Below are positions 23,594 through 33,730 of a stretch of DNA of 61,717 nt, in pieces. The stretch lies in contig CAMNKG010000001.1 of the NCBI GenBank assembly GCA_946542135.1, forward strand, positions 1-61,717, written 5' to 3'. Position numbers and translations under genes: made by a program. The notes beneath the pieces are model-generated. The model had not been told where the DNA came from. It saw only the letters and a program-made list of their open reading frames with translations, and ran no database searches. The DNA comes from an uncultured Bacteroidales bacterium (lineage in GTDB: Bacteria; Bacteroidota; Bacteroidia; Bacteroidales; P3). Each line of letters opens with the position of its first letter. The first letter of the stretch is position 1.

Positions 23594-26260
23594 TTAGTCT
23601 TCGAAGGTCAGTTTGCCGCGTTGCTTGTCGAATTGGTAAGCGCCAAAACGGCTTAGTCCTTCCTTGTTGATGATGAACTTGTAGTCTACGCCTTTGACGA
23701 CGACCACTTCGACATTGAACAGATGTTTCTGCCCTATCTGCATCTCTTTGAAGATGACGGTGGTCTTGTCAAGTATGTTGCCCTCGGGGTCGAAAGCATT
23801 GTCGCGGTCTGGGAAGTCTTCTTTGTTGATGCGGCGTTGATAGAGGAAATTCATAGCCTCTTCCCATGCTATGGCTATAGGCTCGGCATAGCGCTCGTCG
23901 ATAAGCATGGGCATCTGCGAACCGTTGACGATGCAGGCTATCTCTCCCTTGGCCGAAGAAATCATCGTGGCGGGTATGGTACCCTCGTCGTGGATGATTT
24001 CCGGTTTGTAGTCGCTTTCAGGTATGGGGGTGTTGACCAGGTCTATGACTTTGCCGTCTTCGGTACGCTTCACGGTGGGCGTTTCGGCTGCCAGGTTGTT
24101 GATCAGTTTCTTGGACACATAGTCTGTGCGGAGTATGAGGAATTCCAGTCGCCGGTTGAGCTGGTGTGCCGCTTCTTGACGCCCTTTGTCGGTCATGTGG
24201 TTGATGTAGTCGCAGTCCAGCTCTGTGCCCTCAGCGAAAGAGTAGGGTACTCCGTCGACGCGAACGGTCATATTGCGGTCCAGCACGCGGGGCACGCGTT
24301 CGGCATAGCCTTTGGCAACGAGACGTTCGGGCTCTATGCCGCGCGAAATCAGGTAGTCGACTACCGACTGTGCACGTCGTTGCGAGAGGGTGTCGTTGGT
24401 GAGCCCCAGGAAGGGACGACAGTCGGTATGGGCACGAAGCTCGATGACGACATTGGGATTGTTGACCATCACAAGATAGAGGTCCATCAACGAGTCCATA
24501 AACTCTTCTTTGAGGTCCCACTTGGCCAGGTCGTAGCGTATCTCGGGAAGCACCACGGGCTGTTTCGGAACGGGCTCCAGACGGAAATCATGCACCAAGT
24601 CCTTGTCGGTGGTGTATCCGCAGGTGCTCTCTGAACCTTCGATAGAAAAATAGTCGACCTTCGAGACGTACATCTTGTAGACTACATTACGGCGTATCTG
24701 GTCGACGCCGAAGCGATAGAAGCCTTGTTTGTTGGTGTAGGCTTCATATTCCTTGCCGTCTGAGCCAACAATACGCACTTTGGCATTTTCCACGAGCTGC
24801 ATGGATTTCTCGTCGCGTATGGTGCCCTCGATGCTGTAGAGCAGTGGAGGCAGCTCAAAGTAGTACAGGTCGTCATTGATGGGCGGTACCTTCTTGCCTT
24901 TCTTGTCGGTCTTTTTGTTGTGGGGGTCTTCGAAAGGCCTGTTCGAGGAGAAGAATCCGCGCTCAAGCATATAGTGGTCATCACCAGGATAATAGATGAT
25001 GCTCATTTCGTCATAAGAGGAGTTGATGGGGATGCCCAAGTTGGCGGGCGTGGACCATTTGCGGCCCGATTTCTCGGTGCGGAACAGGTCAAGGCCACCA
25101 ACGCCGGGCAGACCATTGGAGGAATAGTACAGCGTCGAATCGTCGCGCAGCGTGGGGAACACTTCGCGTCCGGCGCTATTGACGGAACCGCCCAGGTTGA
25201 CGGGGGTGCCGAATTCGTCGTCGACACTTTTGCGTGTCACCATCCACAGGTCATAGTCGCCATAGCCGTTCGGCATATCTGACGAGAAATACATGGTCAG
25301 CTGGTCATGGGTCAAGGTGGGATACAGATAGTTGAATGCCGTGTCGCCCAGATTGATGCGTATGGGCTCCGACCATTCGCCGTTCATCTCGGCGTTGTCG
25401 TCTTTCTTGCCTTTTTTGCCTTTGGGCGACTCTATCTGCTGGGAGCCTTTGGTGGAATAGTAGACGTAGCATCCCTGTGTCTCATGCTCTTTCTGGTCGC
25501 AGCGCGAGAAATAGATGGTGTTGCCGTCGGGCGAGAACCAGGCTTCGCCCTCGTTGACTGGCGAGTTGATGCGTTTGCTGTTGTCAAAGAACTCCACCTC
25601 GTTCGACCAGTTGCCTTTGCGGTCTTGGAACACGGTGAAGAAATCCGAAAAAGCCTGTCCGGTCCACGCATCGTGCTTGTCGTCGCCATCAGTGAAACGC
25701 GACGAGGTGAAGATCAGTTTGGTGGTGTCGTCACCGATGAATCGCGGCGCCCAATCGTTGTAGTCGGTGCACCATTTGTCTAATTTGCGTATGTTGTGGC
25801 GCGTACGGTTCATGAAAAGCTGGTTCACGTAGATGATGGAGGCTTTGCGCTGTTGCGCCAGCTTGTCGTCGGGAACGAGCTGAAGGTATTTCTCGTAGTA
25901 TTCGTCGGCCTCGTCAAACTTGTTCTCGAAACGGTACATCTCGGCCATGTAGTAATATATTCTCGGCTCGGTGGTGTAGTACTTCTGGTTGATGAGGCGT
26001 TTATAGATGCGCTCGGCTTTGGGAAAGTTGTTCATCAAGCGGTAGCACTCGCCCATTTGGAAATAGCAGCGGTTTTTCTCCGTCTTGTTCGAGGAAATCT
26101 TGTTGTAGGCTTCCTCGTATTTTTCCAAAGCGGCTATGTATTGTTTCTGGTTGAAAAGATCATCAGCTTTTTGGGCCAAACTTTTGGTCTGCGCAAAGGC
26201 TGTTGACGCGAAAAAAAGTGCAACTGCGAACAGTAAAAAACTTTTTTTGAATGTTTTCAT
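23594..26260 (-). CDS. OmpA-family protein with TPR, TolB-like beta-propeller, CarboxypepD_reg-like and OmpA domains plus a 177-aa C-terminal extension
   Basis: 888 aa with a signal peptide. The N-terminus has TPR-like repeats, followed by repeated FSPDG/YFSS propeller motifs. The OmpA_C-like region reads LRAHTDCRP...LSQRRAQSVVDYL...NRRLEFLI. Confidence 0.85.
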   Translation of the reverse strand: MKTFKKSFLLFAVALFFASTAFAQTKSLAQKADDLFNQKQYIAALEKYEEAYNKISSNKTEKNRCYFQMGECYRLMNNFPKAERIYKRLINQKYYTTEPRIYYYMAEMYRFENKFDEADEYYEKYLQLVPDDKLAQQRKASIIYVNQLFMNRTRHNIRKLDKWCTDYNDWAPRFIGDDTTKLIFTSSRFTDGDDKHDAWTGQAFSDFFTVFQDRKGNWSNEVEFFDNSKRINSPVNEGEAWFSPDGNTIYFSRCDQKEHETQGCYVYYSTKGSQQIESPKGKKGKKDDNAEMNGEWSEPIRINLGDTAFNYLYPTLTHDQLTMYFSSDMPNGYGDYDLWMVTRKSVDDEFGTPVNLGGSVNSAGREVFPTLRDDSTLYYSSNGLPGVGGLDLFRTEKSGRKWSTPANLGIPINSSYDEMSIIYYPGDDHYMLERGFFSSNRPFEDPHNKKTDKKGKKVPPINDDLYYFELPPLLYSIEGTIRDEKSMQLVENAKVRIVGSDGKEYEAYTNKQGFYRFGVDQIRRNVVYKMYVSKVDYFSIEGSESTCGYTTDKDLVHDFRLEPVPKQPVVLPEIRYDLAKWDLKEEFMDSLMDLYLVMVNNPNVVIELRAHTDCRPFLGLTNDTLSQRRAQSVVDYLISRGIEPERLVAKGYAERVPRVLDRNMTVRVDGVPYSFAEGTELDCDYINHMTDKGRQEAAHQLNRRLEFLILRTDYVSKKLINNLAAETPTVKRTEDGKVIDLVNTPIPESDYKPEIIHDEGTIPATMISSAKGEIACIVNGSQMPMLIDERYAEPIAIAWEEAMNFLYQRRINKEDFPDRDNAFDPEGNILDKTTVIFKEMQIGQKHLFNVEVVVVKGVDYKFIINKEGLSRFGAYQFDKQRGKLTFED

Positions 26261-26424
26261 ATATGATACTTTTTCCTATTATCTTATATAACTATATATA
26301 AATCACTGTGTTGAAAGCATTCCAACGAGCGCTTTAACACAATTAATCGAATTGCTAAATTACAAATTTTTTTTGAAACGTTATGTTTTTTAGCAAATAA
26401 AAGTCGTCGAACAATTGAATTGTG

Positions 26425-26460
26425 AAAAAAAGCGCCTCGCAGCTTTTGCTGTGAGGCGCC
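26425..26460 (-). terminator. Rho-independent terminator downstream of clpX
   Basis: GCGCCTCGCAGC (26432-26443) pairs with GCTGTGAGGCGC (26448-26459) around a TTTT loop. The minus-strand RNA ends in U7. Confidence 0.75.
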
Positions 26461-26492
26461 TCTGTTTTGGCTGCTTCTGATATCGCAAAGTG

Positions 26493-26540
26493 TTATTGTT
26501 TCACGAAGGCGCGCGAGCCGGAGCGGAGCAGCGAATGTCT
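26493..26540 (-). pseudogene. Scar of a T9SS C-terminal sorting domain gene (last residues LLRSGSRAFVKQ plus stop)
   Basis: 26493-26520 (TTATTGTTTCACGAAGGCGCGCGAGCCG) is identical to the 3' end of paralogue A at 9867-9894 apart from one base in the stop codon. Only a 16-codon mini-ORF remains. Confidence 0.5.
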
Positions 26541-26629
26541 CATATCATGGCATGTTGGGTGAATCAGGTCCCTTTGTTTCTTGCCAATGCAGTGCCTCTT
26601 GGCAAAAGGGTCATAACCATCTGAAATGG

Positions 26630-27886
26630 TTATTGTTCAAAGTGGTCTTTGGAATGTTCCAGCTTCTCAGCTGCCATTTTCTTGGTGATGCGGATCTTGG
26701 AATCTTTGTGTTCTGGGAGCTCAAACATCAGGTCGGTCATCACGGCTTCCATGATAGACCTGAGTCCACGGGCACCGAGTTTGTATGACACTGCCGTGTC
26801 GACAATGAGATCCAAAGCCCCTTTGTCGAATTCGAGTGTCACATTGTCCATCTTGAAGAGCTCCTTGTATTGTTTCACCAGAGCGTTCTTGGGTTCTGTC
26901 AGTATGCGTTGCAGCGCCTCGCGGTCGAGGGGGTTGAGGTGCGTCAGCACCGGGAACCTTCCCACCAGCTCGGGAATGAGCCCAAAACGCTTAAGGTCCA
27001 TGGGAAGGATGTATTTCAGCATGTTGTGGCGGTCTATCTCCTCGCGTGTCTTGGTGCCGTTGAAACCTACAACATTGGATTTCATGCGCGAGGCGATGTC
27101 GCGTTCTATGCCGTCAAAAGCTCCGCCTGAGATGAAGAGGATATTGCGCGTGTTGACCTGGATCATCTGCTGTTCGGGGTGTTTCCTGCCTCCTTGTGGG
27201 GGCACATTGACCACGGCACCTTCGAGGAGCTTGAGCAGCGCTTGCTGTACGCCTTCACCCGAAACATCGCGTGTGATGGAGGGATTGTCGCTCTTGCGTG
27301 CTATCTTGTCTATCTCGTCGATGAAAACGATGCCTTTTTCCGCGGCGGCAACGTCGTAGTCGGCAGCCTGCAGCAGTCGCACCAGCACATTTTCCACATC
27401 GTCGCCAACATATCCGGCTTCGGTGAGGGTGGTGGCATCGGCGATGCAGAAGGGTACGTCGAGCATGCGGGCTATCGTGCGGGCCAGTAGCGTCTTGCCT
27501 GTGCCGGTCTCTCCGACAAGGATGATGTTGGACTTCTCAATCTCCACATCGTCGGTGTTGCGATGCGTCTCGAAGTAGTCCAGCCGCTTGTAGTGGTTGT
27601 ATACGGCGACCGAGAGCACTTTCTTGGCTTCCTCCTGCCCGATGACGTATTGGTCCATCATGTTCTTGATCTGTGTGGGCGTGGGAATATTCTTTCTTGA
27701 CTTGGTGCGTGAAGATGATTTTGCGTTTTTGTCGGCGATGCGCTGTTCGTTGATGATGATGTTAGCCTGCTCTATACAGTCTGTGCATATGCAGCCTTCG
27801 AGGCCGGTCAGCAGCATGGAGCATTCCGAGGCGGGACGTCCGCAGAACGAGCAGTGGTCTTCCATTATTTGATTTTTCTTTGCCAT
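26630..27886 (-). CDS. clpX: ATP-dependent Clp protease ATP-binding subunit ClpX
   Basis: 418 aa with N-terminal zinc finger CSFCGRP...CTDC and Walker A motif [11 protein letters not shown]. Confidence 0.95.
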   Translation of the reverse strand: MAKKNQIMEDHCSFCGRPASECSMLLTGLEGCICTDCIEQANIIINEQRIADKNAKSSSRTKSRKNIPTPTQIKNMMDQYVIGQEEAKKVLSVAVYNHYKRLDYFETHRNTDDVEIEKSNIILVGETGTGKTLLARTIARMLDVPFCIADATTLTEAGYVGDDVENVLVRLLQAADYDVAAAEKGIVFIDEIDKIARKSDNPSITRDVSGEGVQQALLKLLEGAVVNVPPQGGRKHPEQQMIQVNTRNILFISGGAFDGIERDIASRMKSNVVGFNGTKTREEIDRHNMLKYILPMDLKRFGLIPELVGRFPVLTHLNPLDREALQRILTEPKNALVKQYKELFKMDNVTLEFDKGALDLIVDTAVSYKLGARGLRSIMEAVMTDLMFELPEHKDSKIRITKKMAAEKLEHSKDHFEQ

Positions 27887-27993
27887 TCGATAGGATGGGA
27901 TTAGTGGTGATTATATGTGGTTCTGTTGGGTTGTTTCGTGCGGTATTGGACGGTGTCGGTTATGTCGTGTACGGGGGCTGTGTCGCTGCGGTG

Positions 27994-29244
27994 TCACAGG
28001 AGTGTTTGGGTACGTTCCTGGTCTTGCCGTAGGAATATGAAGAGCAGCAGGGTGAAAGCCATCAGCGAGGAGCCTCCATAGCTGAAGAAGGGTAGGGGTA
28101 TTCCGATGACGGGGAGCAGTCCGATGACCATGCCGATGTTGATGAAGAAATGGATAAAGAGGATGCTGGCCACCGAATAGCCGTAGAAACGGGTGAACCG
28201 TGAGTATTGCCGTTCGGAAAGCCTTATCAGCCTGAGCAGCAGCGCCAGATAGAGGAGGATGACGACGGTGGCACCCACGAAGCCCCACTCTTCGCCTACG
28301 GTGCAGAAAATGAAGTCGGTTTCCTGCTCCGGCACATAGTCTGCCTTGGTGATGGTGCCGTTGAGGAACCCTTTGCCCATGAGGCCGCCGGAGCCGATGG
28401 CTATCTTGGCCTGGTGGACGTTGTAGCCCGTGCCGTGGGTGTCGACTGTCTTGCCAAGAAGGACATAGATCCTGTCGCGCTGATGGGGCTCGAGGATATG
28501 CTCGAACACAAAGTCGACCGACATCGTGAAGAGTGAACACGCCAAAAAGAGCCCGATGGTCCACAGATAGTGCTTGCGGGTCCTTTTGTTGAGCCAGACG
28601 AAGAGGTAGAACAGGGCGATAACGGCCAGGATGGCAAGGACGATGTAGCTGTTGACCAAAAGGGCGGTGACAAAAAGTACGACGGCCACAAGACCGACAA
28701 TGAGTATCTTGGGCGACATGCCCTCACGGATCATGGGAAAGAGGAATGCGGCAAAAACGAGGGCGGAACCGGTGTCGTGCTGCAACAGGGTGAGCAGGGC
28801 GGGAATAAGGACTATGGTCCACGAAATGACTTTGGTACGCATCTGCTTGTAGTCGACATCGGGATTGCTCATATAGCGTGCCAATGCCAACGCCGTGGCG
28901 AATTTGGCGAATTCGGTGGGCTGGAACTTGAACGAGCCGAAATCAATCCACGAATGTCCTCCTTTGGTGACGTTGGCAACGAAAAGCGTGACAACGAGCA
29001 ACACCATCATTATCAGATAGAAGACATAAGCCATAGAGGAGAAGAGACGGACATCGGTGAGCGACACGACCAGCGCCAAGAGCAGCGAGACGCCTATCCA
29101 GATTAGCTGCTTGCCGTGCTTGGTGGAGAAATCGAACACCATGGCGTGCGACTCGTCGTAGCAGGCGGCATAGATGTTGAGCCATCCGAAGACGAGGATG
29201 ACGAAATAGAGCAGCAGTGTTATCCAATCTAACTTGTTTTCCAT
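27994..29244 (-). CDS. rodA: Rod shape-determining protein RodA (SEDS family)
   Basis: 416 aa and polytopic, with the SEDS motifs AIGSGGLMGKGFLNGT and PFFSYGGSS. Confidence 0.9.
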   Translation of the reverse strand: MENKLDWITLLLYFVILVFGWLNIYAACYDESHAMVFDFSTKHGKQLIWIGVSLLLALVVSLTDVRLFSSMAYVFYLIMMVLLVVTLFVANVTKGGHSWIDFGSFKFQPTEFAKFATALALARYMSNPDVDYKQMRTKVISWTIVLIPALLTLLQHDTGSALVFAAFLFPMIREGMSPKILIVGLVAVVLFVTALLVNSYIVLAILAVIALFYLFVWLNKRTRKHYLWTIGLFLACSLFTMSVDFVFEHILEPHQRDRIYVLLGKTVDTHGTGYNVHQAKIAIGSGGLMGKGFLNGTITKADYVPEQETDFIFCTVGEEWGFVGATVVILLYLALLLRLIRLSERQYSRFTRFYGYSVASILFIHFFINIGMVIGLLPVIGIPLPFFSYGGSSLMAFTLLLFIFLRQDQERTQTLL

Positions 29245-29258
29245 GGTTGACGGCTTGG

Positions 29259-31109
29259 TTATTTCTTTTTCTTTTTAGGGACGCGTGTCAGGGGCAGCTT
29301 CTGGCAGGGATTCGTTTCGCGATACATCTTTTCGAAGTCTTTGCGGCTTACCTCGCCTTTGATGTATTTCTCTATCACCAGGCTGGCGATGGGCGCTGCC
29401 CATACACCACCGGCACCGGCATTCTCAACATAGACGGCAACGGCAATCTTGGGATTGTCCTTGGGGGCGAACGAGATGAACACCGAATGGTCTTTGCCGA
29501 TATTCTGCGCTGTTCCGGTCTTGCCGCAGATGTCGATGTCGGGAATATTGGCCCTGTGGGCTGTGCCGCCGGCTCCGTGCACCACGTCGTACATGCCATT
29601 GGCGGCTATCTCGAAATAGGCGGGTTTGATGCCTGTATCATGCTTCTGGTAGAACTCCTCGTTGCGGGTCGAATCGGGACCGTAGTAGCGCACCAGGTGC
29701 GGCGTATAGTAGTAGCCCCTGTTGGCTACTATGCAGGCCAGGTTGGCCATCTGCAGGGGCACCACCTCCACTTCGCCTTGGCCGATGCTGTTGGAATAGA
29801 TGGTCGAGAAGGCCCAGCGCTCCTTGCCGTACCAGTGGTTGTAATAGGCCGTGTCGGGTATGTTGCCGGATTTGACATTGGGCAGGTCGATGCCGAGGCG
29901 CGTGCCGAAACCCATGCGCTGCATGTAGTCATGCCACACGGTAAGCCCGTACTGGCTGTCTTTGTAGATGCTCTTGTATTTGCCCTGCTGGATGATGCGC
30001 CGGTAGGTGAAATAGAAATAGGGGTTGCACGACATCTTGATGGCTTCCTGCACCGACCGGGCGCTTGGATGACCGTGGCATCCGACCAGCGATTTGTCGC
30101 ACGGAAAACCCTGCCCGGGGGTGATGACCCCGAGGTTGAGCGCCGTCATGGCTTGCGCCACTTTGAAGATGGATCCCGGCGGATATTGTGCCTGCAATGC
30201 TCTGTTGAACAGCGGCTTGCTGATGTCTTGCAGCAGCTGCAGATAGTTTTCGCCTCTTTTGCGCCCCACCAGCAGGTTGGGATCGTAGCATGGCGCCGAA
30301 ACGAGTGCCAGCACCTCGCCGGTGGAGGGCTCGATGGCTACAATGCATCCTCGCTTGTTGGCCATCAGGCTCTCGGCATATTCTTGCAGCGAGGCGTCGA
30401 GGGTGGTGTAGAGGTTGCCGCCTTCCACGGCCATGGTGTCGTGGGCACCGTCCAGATAGGGGCCTATCTCGCGGTTGTGGACATCTACATGCATGATTTT
30501 CTTTCCCTTGATGCCTCTCAGCACCGTCTCATACGACTTCTCCAGACCGCTCTTGCCTATATAGTCGCCCTGGCGGTAGTAGTGGTCGTTCTCTATGTCT
30601 TTATCGTTGACTTCGCCTACGTAGCCGAGCACGTGTGCGGCAATGGGACGCTGGTAGATACGCAGCGTGCGTTGCTGCACATAGAAACCGTGGAATTTGT
30701 ACAGATGGCTTTGCCAGGCTCCATACTCCTCTTTGGAGATCTGCTTCATGAACGGCGACGCCGAATAGGGTGAATACTTGCGTGCCTTCTCCATCTTGTC
30801 AAGAAAGTCTTGTCGCGTGATGCCGACCACTTTGCAGAAGAGCGCCGTGTCAAGGTTTTTGACCATCTTGGGAATGACCATCATGTCGTAGATGGCTTCG
30901 TTGTATACCAGCAGCTCGCCGTTGCGGTCATAGATAAGCCCTCGCGCAGGATATTGCGTAACCTGACGCAGCGCCTGCAGGTCGGCCAGCTTGTGGTAGG
31001 TGGAATCAAATATCTGCAGGAAAGCTAACCTCACGATGAAGATGGCTCCCACGACGATGAATATCACCCGTAGCAAAACGCTTCTTTCCTTATAGACATC
31101 TGACGACAT
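29259..31109 (-). CDS. mrdA: Penicillin-binding protein 2 (transpeptidase)
   Basis: 616 aa with an N-terminal TM helix and the SIFK (SxxK), YSNS (SxN) and KTGTA motifs. Confidence 0.9.
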   Translation of the reverse strand: MSSDVYKERSVLLRVIFIVVGAIFIVRLAFLQIFDSTYHKLADLQALRQVTQYPARGLIYDRNGELLVYNEAIYDMMVIPKMVKNLDTALFCKVVGITRQDFLDKMEKARKYSPYSASPFMKQISKEEYGAWQSHLYKFHGFYVQQRTLRIYQRPIAAHVLGYVGEVNDKDIENDHYYRQGDYIGKSGLEKSYETVLRGIKGKKIMHVDVHNREIGPYLDGAHDTMAVEGGNLYTTLDASLQEYAESLMANKRGCIVAIEPSTGEVLALVSAPCYDPNLLVGRKRGENYLQLLQDISKPLFNRALQAQYPPGSIFKVAQAMTALNLGVITPGQGFPCDKSLVGCHGHPSARSVQEAIKMSCNPYFYFTYRRIIQQGKYKSIYKDSQYGLTVWHDYMQRMGFGTRLGIDLPNVKSGNIPDTAYYNHWYGKERWAFSTIYSNSIGQGEVEVVPLQMANLACIVANRGYYYTPHLVRYYGPDSTRNEEFYQKHDTGIKPAYFEIAANGMYDVVHGAGGTAHRANIPDIDICGKTGTAQNIGKDHSVFISFAPKDNPKIAVAVYVENAGAGGVWAAPIASLVIEKYIKGEVSRKDFEKMYRETNPCQKLPLTRVPKKKKK

Positions 31110-31289
31110 TTGGCATTCATTTCTATGGGCACAGACCTCCGTTTTTGGTGTGCCTCAAAAACATTAAATAGATACAATAACTAAAAAATCAGCATGTTCC
31201 TCGCAAGAGGAATATGCAATCCAAGCTACAAAGATACTAATTTAATTGGAATGGAGAAAAAGGTTTGGAAAGAAAGTGGTCCGCACTGC

Positions 31290-33728
31290 TCAACGGCTTG
31301 CGTTGACTGTCGAGTCAATGTGTAGCAGCGGCTGGATGGAATAGGCTACATATTGCTGCATGGCAGGCTTCATGGTGCTATAGAAATCAAGCTGTTCTGC
31401 GAGGTCGTGCCGCAATTGGCGCATCAGCCGCTCTTTTGCGGCTGACTGGCCGGCATCGCCATAGGCCGTGGCAATGCGGAGCATGAGCGGCAGGTCGCTG
31501 AGCCTGTCGGGCGGGATGCTGTGCTCTGTGGTGTCCAAGAGCGTTGCGGCTTCGGCTTTTTTGTTGTTGGCAATCAGATTTTCGGCTACCAAAACGGCGT
31601 CTTTCCAATACTGGCGCAGAAAGCCTCGCGATGTCTCGTCAAGATAGACTCCCTCAAGGGGCGACCAATGAAGCTTTTGGGTCATCAGGCGGTACGACTC
31701 CATATAGTCGACGCTGTCGGCCGCAGCGGCACCTAACCGATAGGCTATGCCGCACAATTGTGTGGCTCCCTTGTAGCGGCTACCCATGTCGGCGAAGGCA
31801 TAGTGGCTCATATACACGGGTCGTTCGTCGCCATTGGTGGCAATGAGGGTGTTCACTCGTCTGTAGGGTCCCATCTGTCTCCATTCTTCGCCGGAAAAAA
31901 TGTCGTAGCCTTTCTGTGCTGCAGCCTGTTTGACGGCTTGTGTGTATTCTTCTGCCCCGAGCAGCGACACATTGACAATCTGCACATCGGTGCGGATGCC
32001 CTCCACTTCCTGAAGATACCATAGCGGGAAGGTGTCGTTGTCGCCATAGGTCAGCAGGATGGCATGCGGCGCACACGAATTCAGCAGGTTGAAGGCTGAA
32101 TCGCGGGCCACATAGCGGTGCGAGCGGTCGTGGTCGTCCCAGTTTTGGAAGGCCATAAGGGCCGGGATGGCAAGGAGTAGGGCTGCCTTAGGCGCCTGAT
32201 GTGCAAGGCGGACCTTGCTATCGTCTTTCTTGTCGGCTCGCCATGACAGGACGGCGTAGGCTCCGGCGGCAATCCACATGGCAAAGGCGTAGAAGGATAG
32301 CACGTAGGCATAGTCGCGTTCGCGGGGCTCGTAGATGGGGTGGTTCAGGTAGATGGAGAGCAGTATTCCGGAAGCGACAAAGAGCGTCATGACTACCCAA
32401 AAGGTGCGTTTGTCTCGCTTGCCACACGCGAAGAGGCCTATGATGCCGAGCAGTAGCGGCAACATGAAGTAGCGGTTATGTGCCGTATGGGGCATCGAGG
32501 CTACGGGGGCTCGTGAGGTGCCCAGATAGAGCTTGTCTATCGGCGGTATGCCTGTTATCAGCTGCCCACGGTGCAGGTTGCCAAAGCCTTGCTGGTCGTC
32601 GAAACGGCCCGAGAAATTCCACATCAGATAGCGGAAATACATGTACCCCAGCTGGTAGGAGAAGAAGAACGTCGCGTTGTCGACGAAGGAGGGCTTGTAG
32701 TATTCCTTGCCGTCCACGGTGACCATCTTGCCGTGTCGGCCTACCCAGTCGGTGTAATATTGTTCGGCATGGGGATGCTGGGCCCACATACGCGGAAACA
32801 ACATGTCCATCTCTTTGGCATATTGGGGCTTGCCATCGTTGTATGCTACTATGGGCGAGTTGAAGCACCGCCCATAGAGGAGCGGGGCTTTCTCATACTG
32901 GTCGCGACCGATGTAGGCTTTGAACGAGGACCACGTCGAGGGGTTGCCCTGGTTGATGGGGGGCGCTTCTTTGGCGCGGATGGGCAGGATGAGGTAGGGC
33001 GTGACGCCGATAAGGATGTAGACTACGCAAAGTGGAGCTATGTGGCATAGCGACCGGCGTCGCAACATGCGTTGGCTTTGTCGCCCGTCGGGGGCAGGGC
33101 AGGCGCTCTTGTTGCGAAGTCGGAATATGATTATCAGCAGAACGGCAGGGATGGTGAGCAGCGAGAGCTGGTGAACCCCGAACGAGAGTGCTGTCAGAAA
33201 CAACACCAGCAGCATCCATCGGGGTCGGTAACTGTTGTCGTCGCACTGCGCCCACCTCACTGCTGCCCACACGATGGCAGCGGAAAAAGCCATGGAGAGA
33301 CTGTACACCTCGCTCTCGACGGCGGAAAACCAGGCGGTGTCGCAAAAGGTGTAGCAAGCGGTCCCTACCAGGGCGGAAAACCAGATGCGCCATGGGTGCT
33401 CTGACGCGTGGGGGAATCGGGCAATGAGTCGCACCAGGGTCCAAAAGAGGAACATGGCAGTGACACCTCCTGCAACGGCGGACAAGGCATTGCAGCACCA
33501 CGCCACCTTGGCCACGTCGCCAGCGGCCAGGAGCGTGAAGCAATGTGCAAGGAGCTGGTAGAGTGGCGCTCCCGGCGGATGCCCTATCTCAAACTTATGT
33601 GATATGGCAATGAATTCCCCGCAGTCCCAAAAACTTACCGTAGGCTCCAGCGTGGCAAGGTAGAGCCCTGTGGCAAGGCATGCCACAAGCCATCCGAGAA
33701 GATTGTTGAGACGTCGTTGAGGAATCAT
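31290..33728 (-). CDS. DUF2723-type polytopic membrane protein (glycosyltransferase-like)
   Basis: 812 aa. The N-terminus LATLEPTVSFWDCGEFIAISHKFEIGHPPGAPLYQLL is characteristic of DUF2723. It has many TM helices and a soluble helical C-terminal domain. Confidence 0.8.
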   Translation of the reverse strand: MIPQRRLNNLLGWLVACLATGLYLATLEPTVSFWDCGEFIAISHKFEIGHPPGAPLYQLLAHCFTLLAAGDVAKVAWCCNALSAVAGGVTAMFLFWTLVRLIARFPHASEHPWRIWFSALVGTACYTFCDTAWFSAVESEVYSLSMAFSAAIVWAAVRWAQCDDNSYRPRWMLLVLFLTALSFGVHQLSLLTIPAVLLIIIFRLRNKSACPAPDGRQSQRMLRRRSLCHIAPLCVVYILIGVTPYLILPIRAKEAPPINQGNPSTWSSFKAYIGRDQYEKAPLLYGRCFNSPIVAYNDGKPQYAKEMDMLFPRMWAQHPHAEQYYTDWVGRHGKMVTVDGKEYYKPSFVDNATFFFSYQLGYMYFRYLMWNFSGRFDDQQGFGNLHRGQLITGIPPIDKLYLGTSRAPVASMPHTAHNRYFMLPLLLGIIGLFACGKRDKRTFWVVMTLFVASGILLSIYLNHPIYEPRERDYAYVLSFYAFAMWIAAGAYAVLSWRADKKDDSKVRLAHQAPKAALLLAIPALMAFQNWDDHDRSHRYVARDSAFNLLNSCAPHAILLTYGDNDTFPLWYLQEVEGIRTDVQIVNVSLLGAEEYTQAVKQAAAQKGYDIFSGEEWRQMGPYRRVNTLIATNGDERPVYMSHYAFADMGSRYKGATQLCGIAYRLGAAAADSVDYMESYRLMTQKLHWSPLEGVYLDETSRGFLRQYWKDAVLVAENLIANNKKAEAATLLDTTEHSIPPDRLSDLPLMLRIATAYGDAGQSAAKERLMRQLRHDLAEQLDFYSTMKPAMQQYVAYSIQPLLHIDSTVNASR

Positions 33729-33730
33729 GG

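Noticed and set aside
29217-30773. 518-aa plus-strand ORF opposite mrdA
   Set aside because: It is an antisense shadow of PBP2, which carries the SxxK, SxN and KTG motifs on the minus strand.
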